A program made the translations under genes and the position numbers. From Cyanobacteria bacterium P01_D01_bin.156 (GTDB lineage Bacteria > Cyanobacteriota > Cyanobacteriia > Phormidesmidales > Phormidesmidaceae), in the NCBI GenBank assembly GCA_039024555.1, contig JBCCQQ010000098.1, forward strand, positions 1-15,383: 15,383 bases of DNA, written 5' to 3'. Below the pieces are notes generated by a model. The model was not told where the DNA came from. It saw only the letters and a list, made by a program, of their open reading frames with translations, and did no database searches. Shown here piece by piece: positions 7,965-15,383 of the stretch. Each line of letters begins with the position of its first letter. Positions within the stretch are counted from its first letter, which is position 1.

Positions 7965-8573
7965 ATGTCAGAACGGATTCATTCATTAAGTAGGGTATCC
8001 ACCATGAAAGCTGTTGCAATTGTTAGTGCGCTTATCTCTCTCGGTGCCATTGCCAGCCCTGGCTTGGCACAGGAAGCTGCCTCTGATGTATCCAACGCTC
8101 CTATAATTGCCCAGTCAGCACAAACCCTAGATGCTGTTATTCGTAGCGACGAGACACTTTATCTTGATAAAGATGCGGTGCATGAGTACAACTTACGGTT
8201 GGAAAGTCGTGTTGCCGTAGGCGATCGCTTTTTGCCAGAAGGTAGCATCATTCGCGGTCAGTTTGAGCCAGTGGAGGGTGGTCTGCGCTACGTGGCTCAT
8301 TCTGCAGAGGTGGGAGATCGCATCTTTGAACTCAGTGCTGCTTCCGAAACGCTCACCGATCAGAAAGATCCTCGTCAAACCGATACTGACGACATCATTG
8401 AAGATGCTGCCATTGGTGCGGGTGGAGGCCTAATCATTGGTGAAGTCCTCGGTGATGCTGACTTTCTAGAAATCCTGGGTGGTGCAGTGGCTGGCGTGGT
8501 TGTGGGGAATATCACTGCTCCTACTGTGGTTGTGATTGAGCCAGACCAGTCAATCTTGCTTTATCAAGACTAG
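7965..8573 (+). CDS. Secreted/envelope protein with C-terminal glycine-zipper region (alternative start ATG 8004)
   Basis: Signal-peptide-like MKAVAIVSALISLGAIASPGLA, a beta-rich acidic core (PEGSIIRGQFEPVEGGLRYVA), and AAIGAGGGLIIGEVLG...LGGAVAGVVVG. Confidence 0.85.
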   Translation: MSERIHSLSRVSTMKAVAIVSALISLGAIASPGLAQEAASDVSNAPIIAQSAQTLDAVIRSDETLYLDKDAVHEYNLRLESRVAVGDRFLPEGSIIRGQFEPVEGGLRYVAHSAEVGDRIFELSAASETLTDQKDPRQTDTDDIIEDAAIGAGGGLIIGEVLGDADFLEILGGAVAGVVVGNITAPTVVVIEPDQSILLYQD

Positions 8574-8667
8574 TGCGCCCAAGGCCGTCTTTTAGTCGTC
8601 ATTAATTCAATTTTTCGTTGCAATTTTTGTCAACATTTGCAACGGCGTTATGTTCCGTATGGTCCAG

Positions 8668-8702
8668 AAAGCTTTAGTGGTTTAACCACTAAAGCTTTTT
8701 CT
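8668..8702 (+). terminator. Palindromic, potentially bidirectional terminator
   Basis: AAAGCTTTAGTGGTT-T-AACCACTAAAGCTTT (perfect 15-bp arms, 8668-8698) followed by a T-rich tract. A second inverted repeat CGTTGCAA/TTGCAACG lies at 8616-8644. Confidence 0.7.
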
Positions 8703-8792
8703 CTCTAAAAGGGTATAACCCTTAACTGGAGAGGGCGTTACACTGGAGATCTAGCTGGGAAAACAAATTCATCCACTCCATGGATAACAATT

Positions 8793-11441
8793 GTGAGTCA
8801 CTGGTATCAACTAGATGTTGATTCTGTCATTCAACAGGTCAACAGTCATGGTCAAGACGGTTTGACAACGGAAAAGGCTCATCAACAGTTGTTGAGGGAT
8901 GGGCCAAACGAGTTGGCTACGGCACCTGGAAAATCTCTGGGGCAAGCACTGTGGGAGCAACTGCGCGAACCTTTGGTGATGATGCTCATCGTGGCGGCGA
9001 TCATTTCTGTGATCGTGGGAGATTTGCGGGATGCGATCGCAATCCTCGCCATTGTTATCTTTAATGCGGTTCTGGGAGTACGTCAGGAATACAAGGCCGA
9101 ACAGGCCATGGCTGCCCTAAAAAAGCTGACGGTGCCTGTGGTTCGAGTTAAACGGGATGGCCAGGTACAAGAATGCTCCATGACCGACCTGGTACGGGGA
9201 GACTTGGTATTACTAGAAGCGGGTAACGTTGTCCCCGCCGATGGTCGTTTGGTGGAAACCGTTAACCTACAGGTACAAGAGTCGGCTCTGACTGGAGAAT
9301 CGGCCCCAGTGGACAAGCAGGCTAACGCTGTTTTTGCTCAAGAACAGTCCCTGGGAGATCGCAGCAACATGGTCTTCCACAGCACCACCGTTACCCGTGG
9401 TCGGGGTAGCTTTTTAGTGACTGAAACCGGTATGGGCACAGAAATTGGCCATATTGCCCGTATGCTGCAGTCGGTGGAAACGGAAACAACCCCGCTGCAA
9501 AAACGACTGGCTCAGCTGGGAAAGTTCTTGGGAGCAGGGGCTATTACCATTGCCCTAATCATTGCCTTCATGGGGCTGGTACAGGGAGAATCCTGGCGGC
9601 AGATGCTGCTTACAGCTGTAAGCGTAGCCGTAGCCGCTGTGCCAGAAGGGCTCCCGGCAGTGGTAACCATTGCCTTGGCGCTAGGGGCCGAGCGCATGCT
9701 CAAACGCCGTGCTCTTATCCGCCATTTGCCCGCTGTAGAAACCCTGGGTTCGGTTACTACCATCTGCTCCGACAAAACTGGCACCCTTACTGAAAACCGC
9801 ATGACTGTCACTGTCTTGGATGTCGCGGGTCAGCAGGTGAGTGGCGTGGATCATGCCATCGGTAACAATCTCTCTCTGTGGTTACCTCTGCTGAGCGGTA
9901 CCCTCTGCAATGATGCGGCTTTAGATAATCACCAAGCTATTGGTGACCCCACCGAAACGGCTCTGGTCACTGCCGCAGAGCAAGCGGGGCTACCCAAACG
10001 AAAGTTAGACCAGCTATGGCCCCGCATTGACGAAGTGCCCTTTAACTCTGAACGCAAACGGATGACCACCTGTCATCGGTGCGAACAGCCCCTACCCCAG
10101 GCATTACAATCCCTTTGGCAACAGGCTGCCCCCGAGCACACTAACGCAGTGGTGTTTAGTAAGGGCGCTCTGCAAAGTCTAATGCCCAGCCTGGATCGAG
10201 TATGGATGGATAATCGGGTGCAAACTCTCACTGATGATCTGCGTCAGCGAATTTATAAAGCCCATGACCATCTTGCAGACCAGGGCCTACGGGTATTGGG
10301 ACTGGCGTTTCGCCCGCTGTCGGCGGTGCCGTCCTCCGAGCATCTAGAAGAACACCTGGTGTTTCTTGGCATGGTGGGTCTGATGGACCCAGCCCGACCC
10401 GAGGTAAAACAAGCTATCAACCTGTGTCGTACAGCTGGTATTCAAGTGGCCATGATTACGGGAGACCATCCCCTCACAGCCCGCCACATTGCCCAAGATT
10501 TAGGCATTTCTAGTCATCGTCTTCTCACTGGACAAGCCCTTAGCCAGCTACCTGTCGATCGTTTAGAAGAGACTGTTACTAAAACTCAGCTATATGCTAG
10601 GGTCACCCCAGAAGATAAGCTGCGTATTGTTCAGGCACTACAGCAGCGCGGCCATATTGTTGCCATGACGGGGGATGGCGTCAATGATGCCCCCGCCCTG
10701 AAGCAGGCAGATATTGGCGTAGCCATGGGGATTACTGGCACCGATGTGGCTAAGGAAGCTGCCGATATTGTTCTTCAGGACGACAATTTTGCCTCAATTG
10801 TGGCAGCCGTACGAGAAGGACGAGTGATTTATGACAACATTCGTAAGTTTATTAAATATACCCTGGCGGGAAATGTGGGCCAGCTGTGGCTGTTGTTTTT
10901 AGCACCCTTCTTGGGTATGCCCATTCCCCTAGTGCCAATCCAGATTCTATGGATCAATCTAATAGCAGATGGTCTGCTGGCCTTGGCTTTGAGCTTTGAA
11001 CCTGCCGAGCACAGTGTAATGCAGCGTCCCCCGCACCGACCCAATGAGAGTATTTTTAGCCGTGGCATGGGTGCTGATATCCTCTGGATTGGGCTGTTGT
11101 TGGGGATTGTGTTAATTCTGGTGGCTTACAGCTACTGGTCTAACGAAAATCCAGCGTGGCAGACCATGGTATTCACCACCCTGGCATTTTCTCGTATTGC
11201 CCTATCGGAAGCGGTGCGATCTTCATCCGAATCATTATTTCGCATTGGTTTATTCTCCAATCCCAAGCTATTGGTAGCCGTGTTGGTCACGGTTTGTTTG
11301 CAGCTAGTGGTGATTTATGTACCTGCCTGCCAGGCATTTTTCTCTACGGTTGCCTTGAGCGGTCAGGAGCTTGCGATCGCACTCCTACTTGGTACCCTTA
11401 GCTTTTGGGCCATTGAAGTTAAAAAAGCGATCGCACACTAA
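8793..11441 (+). CDS. Cation-transporting P-type ATPase, type IIA (Ca2+-ATPase-like)
   Basis: 882 aa with GTG start. Motifs include LTGES, AVPEGL, CSDKTGT phosphorylation site, GDPTE, KGA, MITGD and [11 protein letters not shown], plus a 10-TM layout. Confidence 0.96.
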   Translation: MSHWYQLDVDSVIQQVNSHGQDGLTTEKAHQQLLRDGPNELATAPGKSLGQALWEQLREPLVMMLIVAAIISVIVGDLRDAIAILAIVIFNAVLGVRQEYKAEQAMAALKKLTVPVVRVKRDGQVQECSMTDLVRGDLVLLEAGNVVPADGRLVETVNLQVQESALTGESAPVDKQANAVFAQEQSLGDRSNMVFHSTTVTRGRGSFLVTETGMGTEIGHIARMLQSVETETTPLQKRLAQLGKFLGAGAITIALIIAFMGLVQGESWRQMLLTAVSVAVAAVPEGLPAVVTIALALGAERMLKRRALIRHLPAVETLGSVTTICSDKTGTLTENRMTVTVLDVAGQQVSGVDHAIGNNLSLWLPLLSGTLCNDAALDNHQAIGDPTETALVTAAEQAGLPKRKLDQLWPRIDEVPFNSERKRMTTCHRCEQPLPQALQSLWQQAAPEHTNAVVFSKGALQSLMPSLDRVWMDNRVQTLTDDLRQRIYKAHDHLADQGLRVLGLAFRPLSAVPSSEHLEEHLVFLGMVGLMDPARPEVKQAINLCRTAGIQVAMITGDHPLTARHIAQDLGISSHRLLTGQALSQLPVDRLEETVTKTQLYARVTPEDKLRIVQALQQRGHIVAMTGDGVNDAPALKQADIGVAMGITGTDVAKEAADIVLQDDNFASIVAAVREGRVIYDNIRKFIKYTLAGNVGQLWLLFLAPFLGMPIPLVPIQILWINLIADGLLALALSFEPAEHSVMQRPPHRPNESIFSRGMGADILWIGLLLGIVLILVAYSYWSNENPAWQTMVFTTLAFSRIALSEAVRSSSESLFRIGLFSNPKLLVAVLVTVCLQLVVIYVPACQAFFSTVALSGQELAIALLLGTLSFWAIEVKKAIAH

Positions 11442-11481
11442 AAACAGTGGGAATATAAGGATACTCCGCCTTTCAAATCCC

Positions 11482-12327
11482 ATGGTGCTTCGAAAAACCG
11501 TCTCTCTAAAAGACATTGAACTGTCCTATCTAGACTGGCAAACAGACGGTGAGCCAGTTTTACTGCTCCACGGTCTGGCAGATCACGCTCTTGCCTGGTC
11601 AGCCGTAGCGGACTCATTGGCCCAGCACTACCATCCCATTGCTGTAGATATGCGGGGCCATGGAGAAAGTAGTAAACCCGAAAACGGTTACGATTTTGAT
11701 ACTGTCATCAATGATCTGGTGCAGCTGATGGCACACCTCGGCTGGTCAAAAGCACATATTGTAGGGCATTCCTGGTCTGGGAAAGTCGCCACCTGCTGGG
11801 CCACACGCCAGCCAGAATGTTTTTTGAGCATGGTGCTAGTGGACCCAATTTTTGTTTACGGCATGCCGGGTATTTTTCGGCTTACATTTCCGTTTTTCTA
11901 CGGTACTCTACCCTTTCTAAAGGGCATGGGGCCTTTTGCAGATTGGGAGGTTGCCATTAGTCAGGGTAAACGGATGAAACAATACCGCGACTGGAACAAT
12001 CTACAAGCCACTGTTTTTGAAGAGAGTTTAGAAGAAAAATCCGATGGCAGCATTGGTAGTAAATTTACCCAGGCTGCAAGGGATGGCATTTTTGATGCCG
12101 TTCTTAGAGTTCCAGGGTTAATCAGTGATATTCAGGGACCCAGTTTATGTATGCAGCCAGAAGCAGGGGTGAATCGGTTTGACTGGCAGCTAAAACCTTA
12201 TCGCAAGTACCTCAAAAATCTCGCTGTAGAAACATTTCCTGGCAATCACTGGGCGTTTCTGGTTGAACCAGAGGCTTTTAATCATTCACTGAAAGGGTTC
12301 TTCCAAAGTATTGCCAAATCAAACTAA
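11482..12327 (+). CDS. Alpha/beta fold hydrolase (ATG 11482 preferred over the overlapping TTG 11371)
   Basis: LLLHGLAD, DMRGHGES, nucleophile elbow GHSWSG and C-terminal GNHW catalytic His. Confidence 0.92.
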   Translation: MVLRKTVSLKDIELSYLDWQTDGEPVLLLHGLADHALAWSAVADSLAQHYHPIAVDMRGHGESSKPENGYDFDTVINDLVQLMAHLGWSKAHIVGHSWSGKVATCWATRQPECFLSMVLVDPIFVYGMPGIFRLTFPFFYGTLPFLKGMGPFADWEVAISQGKRMKQYRDWNNLQATVFEESLEEKSDGSIGSKFTQAARDGIFDAVLRVPGLISDIQGPSLCMQPEAGVNRFDWQLKPYRKYLKNLAVETFPGNHWAFLVEPEAFNHSLKGFFQSIAKSN

Positions 12328-12606
12328 TTTCGGACGTTGTATCTTCGGCAAAACTCATCACTCCTCAGTAATCAACCAACAACGAGTCATACCTGGCAAT
12401 TAAGCATTATTGCTGTTGCTCTGTGGGGGTTTGAGTGAGCTGGATAGGATTTGATAGGTCTACAACGGCTAGGTATAGAAAACCAACAAGTAGACTAACG
12501 CAGCTGAGGGTTAGCCAGGACCATCGAATGCGAGGCTGTTCTAGAGTAGGTTCTTGAGGCTGTTGCATCTGACAAGAATAGGTGATGTATAAAAAAGCAC
12601 GTTGAT

Positions 12607-12701
12607 GTGCAAGCTCAATGTGCCCGTTCAGGGTATTGAGTTATCAACACTCCACATTCTTTACGTTAGGTTGAGAAATATGCCCGTCAGGATATTGCGA
12701 T
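12607..12701 (+). repeat. Two degenerate direct repeats with 60-bp period; CRISPR-repeat-like, orphan
   Basis: AATGTGCCCGTTCAGGGTATTGAG (12617-12640) versus AATATGCCCGT-CAGGATATTGCG (12677-12699). Internal hairpin TGCCC-GTTCA-GGGTA is followed by TTGA. No cas genes in the window. Confidence 0.4.
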
Positions 12702-12840
12702 TCAGTGTTTTTACGACATTTCAATACCTGTGGTTGAGCTAAAGTCTTTCAGAGAATCTACTCAAACGGATTATCGCTGCTAACCTATGTCCTGAGACAT
12801 CAGGCTTATAGTTTTAGCCGCCAGTCCAGAGCGGCTGAAC

Positions 12841-12846
12841 TATACT
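12841..12846 (+). promoter_or_regulatory. Candidate -10 box for the Uma2 gene
   Basis: TATACT 30 nt upstream of ATG 12877. No clear -35. Confidence 0.35.
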
Positions 12847-12876
12847 GAAGTCCGATGTTTATGCGATAAACGCTCC

Positions 12877-13458
12877 ATGGTGGCTGCTAAGGAAAAATTT
12901 CCACAGATGACACCCGAGGAGTACTTTGCTTGGGAAGAACAGCAGCTAGAAAAATATGAGTATATTAACGGCCAAGTCTATGCGATGAGTAGAGGCGGCG
13001 TTAACCATGGTCGCATTGCCATTTGCTTTACGGCGATGCTAGATGCTCATTTGGATGGTGGTCCTTGTATTACAGGGAATTCTGATATCAAAGTGAAAAT
13101 TGTTGAGGCCAATAACTATACTTATCCAGATGCGAGTGTCACTTGTGATGAACGAGATAAGAAAACAACTCAGTACATTACTTACCCTTGTTTAATCATT
13201 GAAGTGTTGTCAGAGAGTACTGAAGCGTATGATCGGGGCGGTAAGTTTAGGATGTATCGTCAGAACCCTGTTTTGCAAGATTATTTGTTAGTGAGTTCTA
13301 CTAGCATTGAGATGGATTTGTATTGTAAGAACGATGCGGGTGAATGGCTTATCCTGAACTATAAGGTAAGGGACATCATAACTTTGAAAAGTATTGGCCT
13401 AAGTTTTCCCATCGAGCAGGTTTATCGCAATTTAGAGTTGGCATCAGCGTCTGCATAG
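12877..13458 (+). CDS. Uma2 family (DUF820) PD-(D/E)xK putative endonuclease
   Basis: MTPEEYFAWE, YEYINGQVYAM, YTYPDASV, PCLIIEVLSESTEAYDRGGKFRMY, LQDYLLV. Confidence 0.93.
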   Translation: MVAAKEKFPQMTPEEYFAWEEQQLEKYEYINGQVYAMSRGGVNHGRIAICFTAMLDAHLDGGPCITGNSDIKVKIVEANNYTYPDASVTCDERDKKTTQYITYPCLIIEVLSESTEAYDRGGKFRMYRQNPVLQDYLLVSSTSIEMDLYCKNDAGEWLILNYKVRDIITLKSIGLSFPIEQVYRNLELASASA

Positions 13459-13486
13459 ACTGTGGCCACTTTTGGGAGTATTGAAT

Positions 13487-14059
13487 TTACGTTGATAACA
13501 TTTCAGCTGCTGTCAGTGTCCAATTTGGAAAGGTTTTAGAAACAACGACGGCATCATCCATAAAGACTGATTCGTCGTAGCCATCTGTTGTTAAAACCAA
13601 CACGGTAACCTGTTGGTTCTTTGGATCGACAATCCAATATTCTGGAATCCCTCTCCATTCATACTGATTGCGTTTTTCGATATAGTCTCGTCGATGGTTC
13701 TCTGGGCCAGGGCTGACTACTTCTACCACTAAAGTAGGAGGGTGCATATCTAGGCGAATGGCCGACTGTCCGGAGTTTTTTAACTGCTCTAAATGCTCTG
13801 GTAAGAGTACCGTAATATCTGGAAATCGATTTTTTGGTTGCCCTGGCATTTCAATGGCAAGCTGATGGCTACGTACTCGGCGAAAGCCAACGAGTTCTGA
13901 TAATGCGCGATCCATGGCCCGAGCGATAATTACGTTTTCGTCAGACTCGGGGGGCATTTCTATCAGTTCTCCGTTGGTTAGTTCATAGCGGGCTTCTGTG
14001 TCCTTACAATGGGCAAGGTAGTCATCAAAGGTTTGAAGTTTGGGTTGGGCTTGCACCAT
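13487..14059 (-). CDS. Uma2 family (DUF820) PD-(D/E)xK putative endonuclease
   Basis: RYELTNGELIEMPPES, RFPDITV, LVVEVVSPG, RDYIEKRNQY, GIPEYWIVDP. Confidence 0.94.
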   Translation of the reverse strand: MVQAQPKLQTFDDYLAHCKDTEARYELTNGELIEMPPESDENVIIARAMDRALSELVGFRRVRSHQLAIEMPGQPKNRFPDITVLLPEHLEQLKNSGQSAIRLDMHPPTLVVEVVSPGPENHRRDYIEKRNQYEWRGIPEYWIVDPKNQQVTVLVLTTDGYDESVFMDDAVVVSKTFPNWTLTAAEMLST

Positions 14060-14201
14060 TGGATATGGCCTCGGTTGGCAATAGCCTTTATTTTAATTCA
14101 GTACTATCTTGACAGCCTTAAAATAGGCTGGAATCACGTAAGCCCTTGAATTTGCGAGTAGCCTACAGATTATAGTATTGAGGTATTGGTAGGAATGATG
14201 G

Positions 14202-14618
14202 GTGGTGGAAAGTAAGATTCGCTATCTCAATACGGATCTTGAGCTCGTTTCTGACAGTGATCTCACTTCTTTGGTTGCTGTTGTTGAAGCAAGAGATCTT
14301 TGCATACTCCACTGTGCTCAGCATGAAGGCCTTTTGTATGCGAATTTGGAGTTGTTGTCTCAATATGGTGAGCCGGAGACTACTGTTGCTGAAATGCTAA
14401 TTGTTATTGAATCTTTGGATGCTGTGAGTCGAGCTATATGGCATAACTGCACAAAGCGCGCGTTTGATATTGGTTATGAGTGTGGTCAAACACCTAGGCA
14501 CTTGAACCAAAGTCTTTCAGCAAAGCTGCTAGAACGTATTGCAGCTGTAAAAGCATCACTGCACATCACAATATATTCTGGGGCATCAAGCCAATGCTTT
14601 CGGGAATCAAACTGCTAA
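14202..14618 (+). CDS. Hypothetical protein, 138 aa
   Basis: GTG start preceded by AGGA at 14191. Protein-like sequence (YLNTDLEL, FDIGYECG, LLERIAAVKASLHITIY). Confidence 0.72.
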   Translation: MVESKIRYLNTDLELVSDSDLTSLVAVVEARDLCILHCAQHEGLLYANLELLSQYGEPETTVAEMLIVIESLDAVSRAIWHNCTKRAFDIGYECGQTPRHLNQSLSAKLLERIAAVKASLHITIYSGASSQCFRESNC

Positions 14619-15184
14619 GCTTGACGTGTACAAGTTACTCAGTCTCAACGTGCAGGCAACTTTTAACACGAATTAATTTGGAACTGATTTCACCCTTGAT
14701 TCTATCAATCAATTAGTGGACTTGCTTCTGATAATGGCTCTTAAATCCAAGTTTATTCATTGAAAATAAGTTTGGCATCACCAAATATCACCTTGAAGGG
14801 TACTTTTGCGGCCAAAAATTAGTCGTTAAAATGTAGGCTGTTTATGTGAAATTGCGCAATTTGGCCCTATTCAGTTTCATTCTCTTACGTAAGTAAAAAA
14901 TGAGAAGTCATACGGAAAATTATGATTGGTCATGGAATTCATAAACAAATGATGATGTGTAGCAACGCCATATAGGTTTGAATATTAGACTAGATCAAAT
15001 GAACTATATGTCTGAAGCCTTTGCCCAAAAGTTAGTGGCGACTGGTATGTCAGGCTGACACCTTGAAAAACTCATGCCACCTAAATATCTTAAAGGAAAG
15101 TTTCTATGAATAAATGATTTTGTCCTTGACTTAAAAGTTAGCCATTTTTTGAATGTACGCTATCGATATTTTATAGATTAAGAA

Positions 15185-15244
15185 ATGGAAACTGAAATAA
15201 TTGTTGCCCTTATAACGGCAGTTTCAAGTATTTTTATCGCTGTT
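15185..15244 (+). pseudogene. 5' fragment of a gene with a hydrophobic N-terminus, interrupted by the IS701-like element
   Basis: ATG 15185 gives METEIIVALITAVSSIFIAV, running directly into the IS end. Read-through stops at TAG 15275-15277. Confidence 0.5.
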
Positions 15245-15383
15245 AGGAGTTACGCATTGACAAAAGCCCATCACTAGTATCAAGCAAAGGTGGCTTCTGT
15301 GGCATGGTCCAGAATAAACTGACGGATGACGGGTACAAATAACTGTCTCGATATCTCGTAACAGTTTCCAATCACTCCTTGAA
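15244..15383 (-). mobile_element. IS701-like insertion sequence, right end (truncated by window end)
   Basis: TAGGAGTTACGCATTGACA (15244-15262) resembles the common cyanobacterial IS701-type terminal repeat and lies just after the stop of a minus-strand ORF that is open to the edge. Confidence 0.68.
15280..15381 (-). CDS. Transposase C-terminus, IS701-like (partial)
   Basis: QGVIGNCYEISRQLFVPVIRQFILDHATEATFA*, with stop TGA at 15282-15280. Resembles, from memory, the 'I.NWYE..R.LF..V.R.FI' tail of cyanobacterial IS701-family transposases. Confidence 0.62.
   Translation of the reverse strand, partial: QGVIGNCYEISRQLFVPVIRQFILDHATEATFA

Larger units (their letters stand above)
5588..11434. 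repeat. HIP1 octamers GCGATCGC, dispersed (5588, 5958, 8221, 9033, 11373, 11427)
   Basis: Six exact copies read by eye, far above chance for an 8-mer in 15 kb. HIP1 is a hallmark of most cyanobacteria. Confidence 0.9.

Noticed and set aside
9083..11401. Short ORFs within the P-type ATPase
   Set aside because: They are shadow ORFs of the ATPase coding sequence.
11371..11481. N-terminal extension of the hydrolase from TTG 11371
   Set aside because: It overlaps the ATPase end, and the hydrolase-like sequence starts at ATG 11482.
12561..12590. Tn7/CAST-like end (TGT...TGACAA)
   Set aside because: A single weak match, with no repeated TnsB-binding sites and no tns genes.
12601..12648. Integron attC site
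   Set aside because: The hairpin is bounded GTTGAT...ATCAAC, the reverse of the RYYYAAC...GTTRRRY arrangement, and there is no integrase or adjacent cassette.
14900..15109. Stop-interrupted reading frame (possible pseudogene)
   Set aside because: It has several stops and no recognisable motif, so it cannot be supported without a search.
15364..15383. GTTTCCAATCA as the start of a CRISPR repeat
   Set aside because: It is a single truncated match, better explained as transposase coding sequence on the minus strand.
1..15383. Composite transposon carrying alaS; tRNA/rRNA genes; cas genes
   Set aside because: The flanking IS elements appear to be different families, and no tRNA cloverleaf, rRNA or cas-like ORF was seen.

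Overview
This window is cyanobacterial chromosomal DNA, as indicated by six HIP1 GCGATCGC octamers, Uma2 and pentapeptide-repeat genes, and heptamer/palindromic intergenic repeats. Both ends are insertion sequences that each interrupt a gene. On the left, an IS256-family left end and transposase N-terminus sit in a TPR gene. On the right, an IS701-like end and transposase C-terminus interrupt an ORF with a hydrophobic N-terminus. The core holds an orphan exbD, a hypothetical gene, alaS, an AAA-less M41-type Zn protease, a pentapeptide-repeat protein, a rhomboid protease, a secreted glycine-zipper protein, a type IIA P-type ATPase and an alpha/beta hydrolase. From about 12.3 kb there is a more AT-rich accessory block with two convergent Uma2 genes and a hypothetical gene. 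I see no complete novel multi-gene system. The best unexplained signals are: (1) an orphan, degenerate CRISPR-like repeat-22 nt-repeat unit with an inverted partial copy at 12607-12740; (2) an inverted pair of covarying GTAG-REP elements after alaS; (3) an IS-supplied in-frame start for the TPR remnant; and (4) an LMCA1-like ion-site signature in the P-type ATPase. Family assignments are from motif recognition only; no database searches were run.
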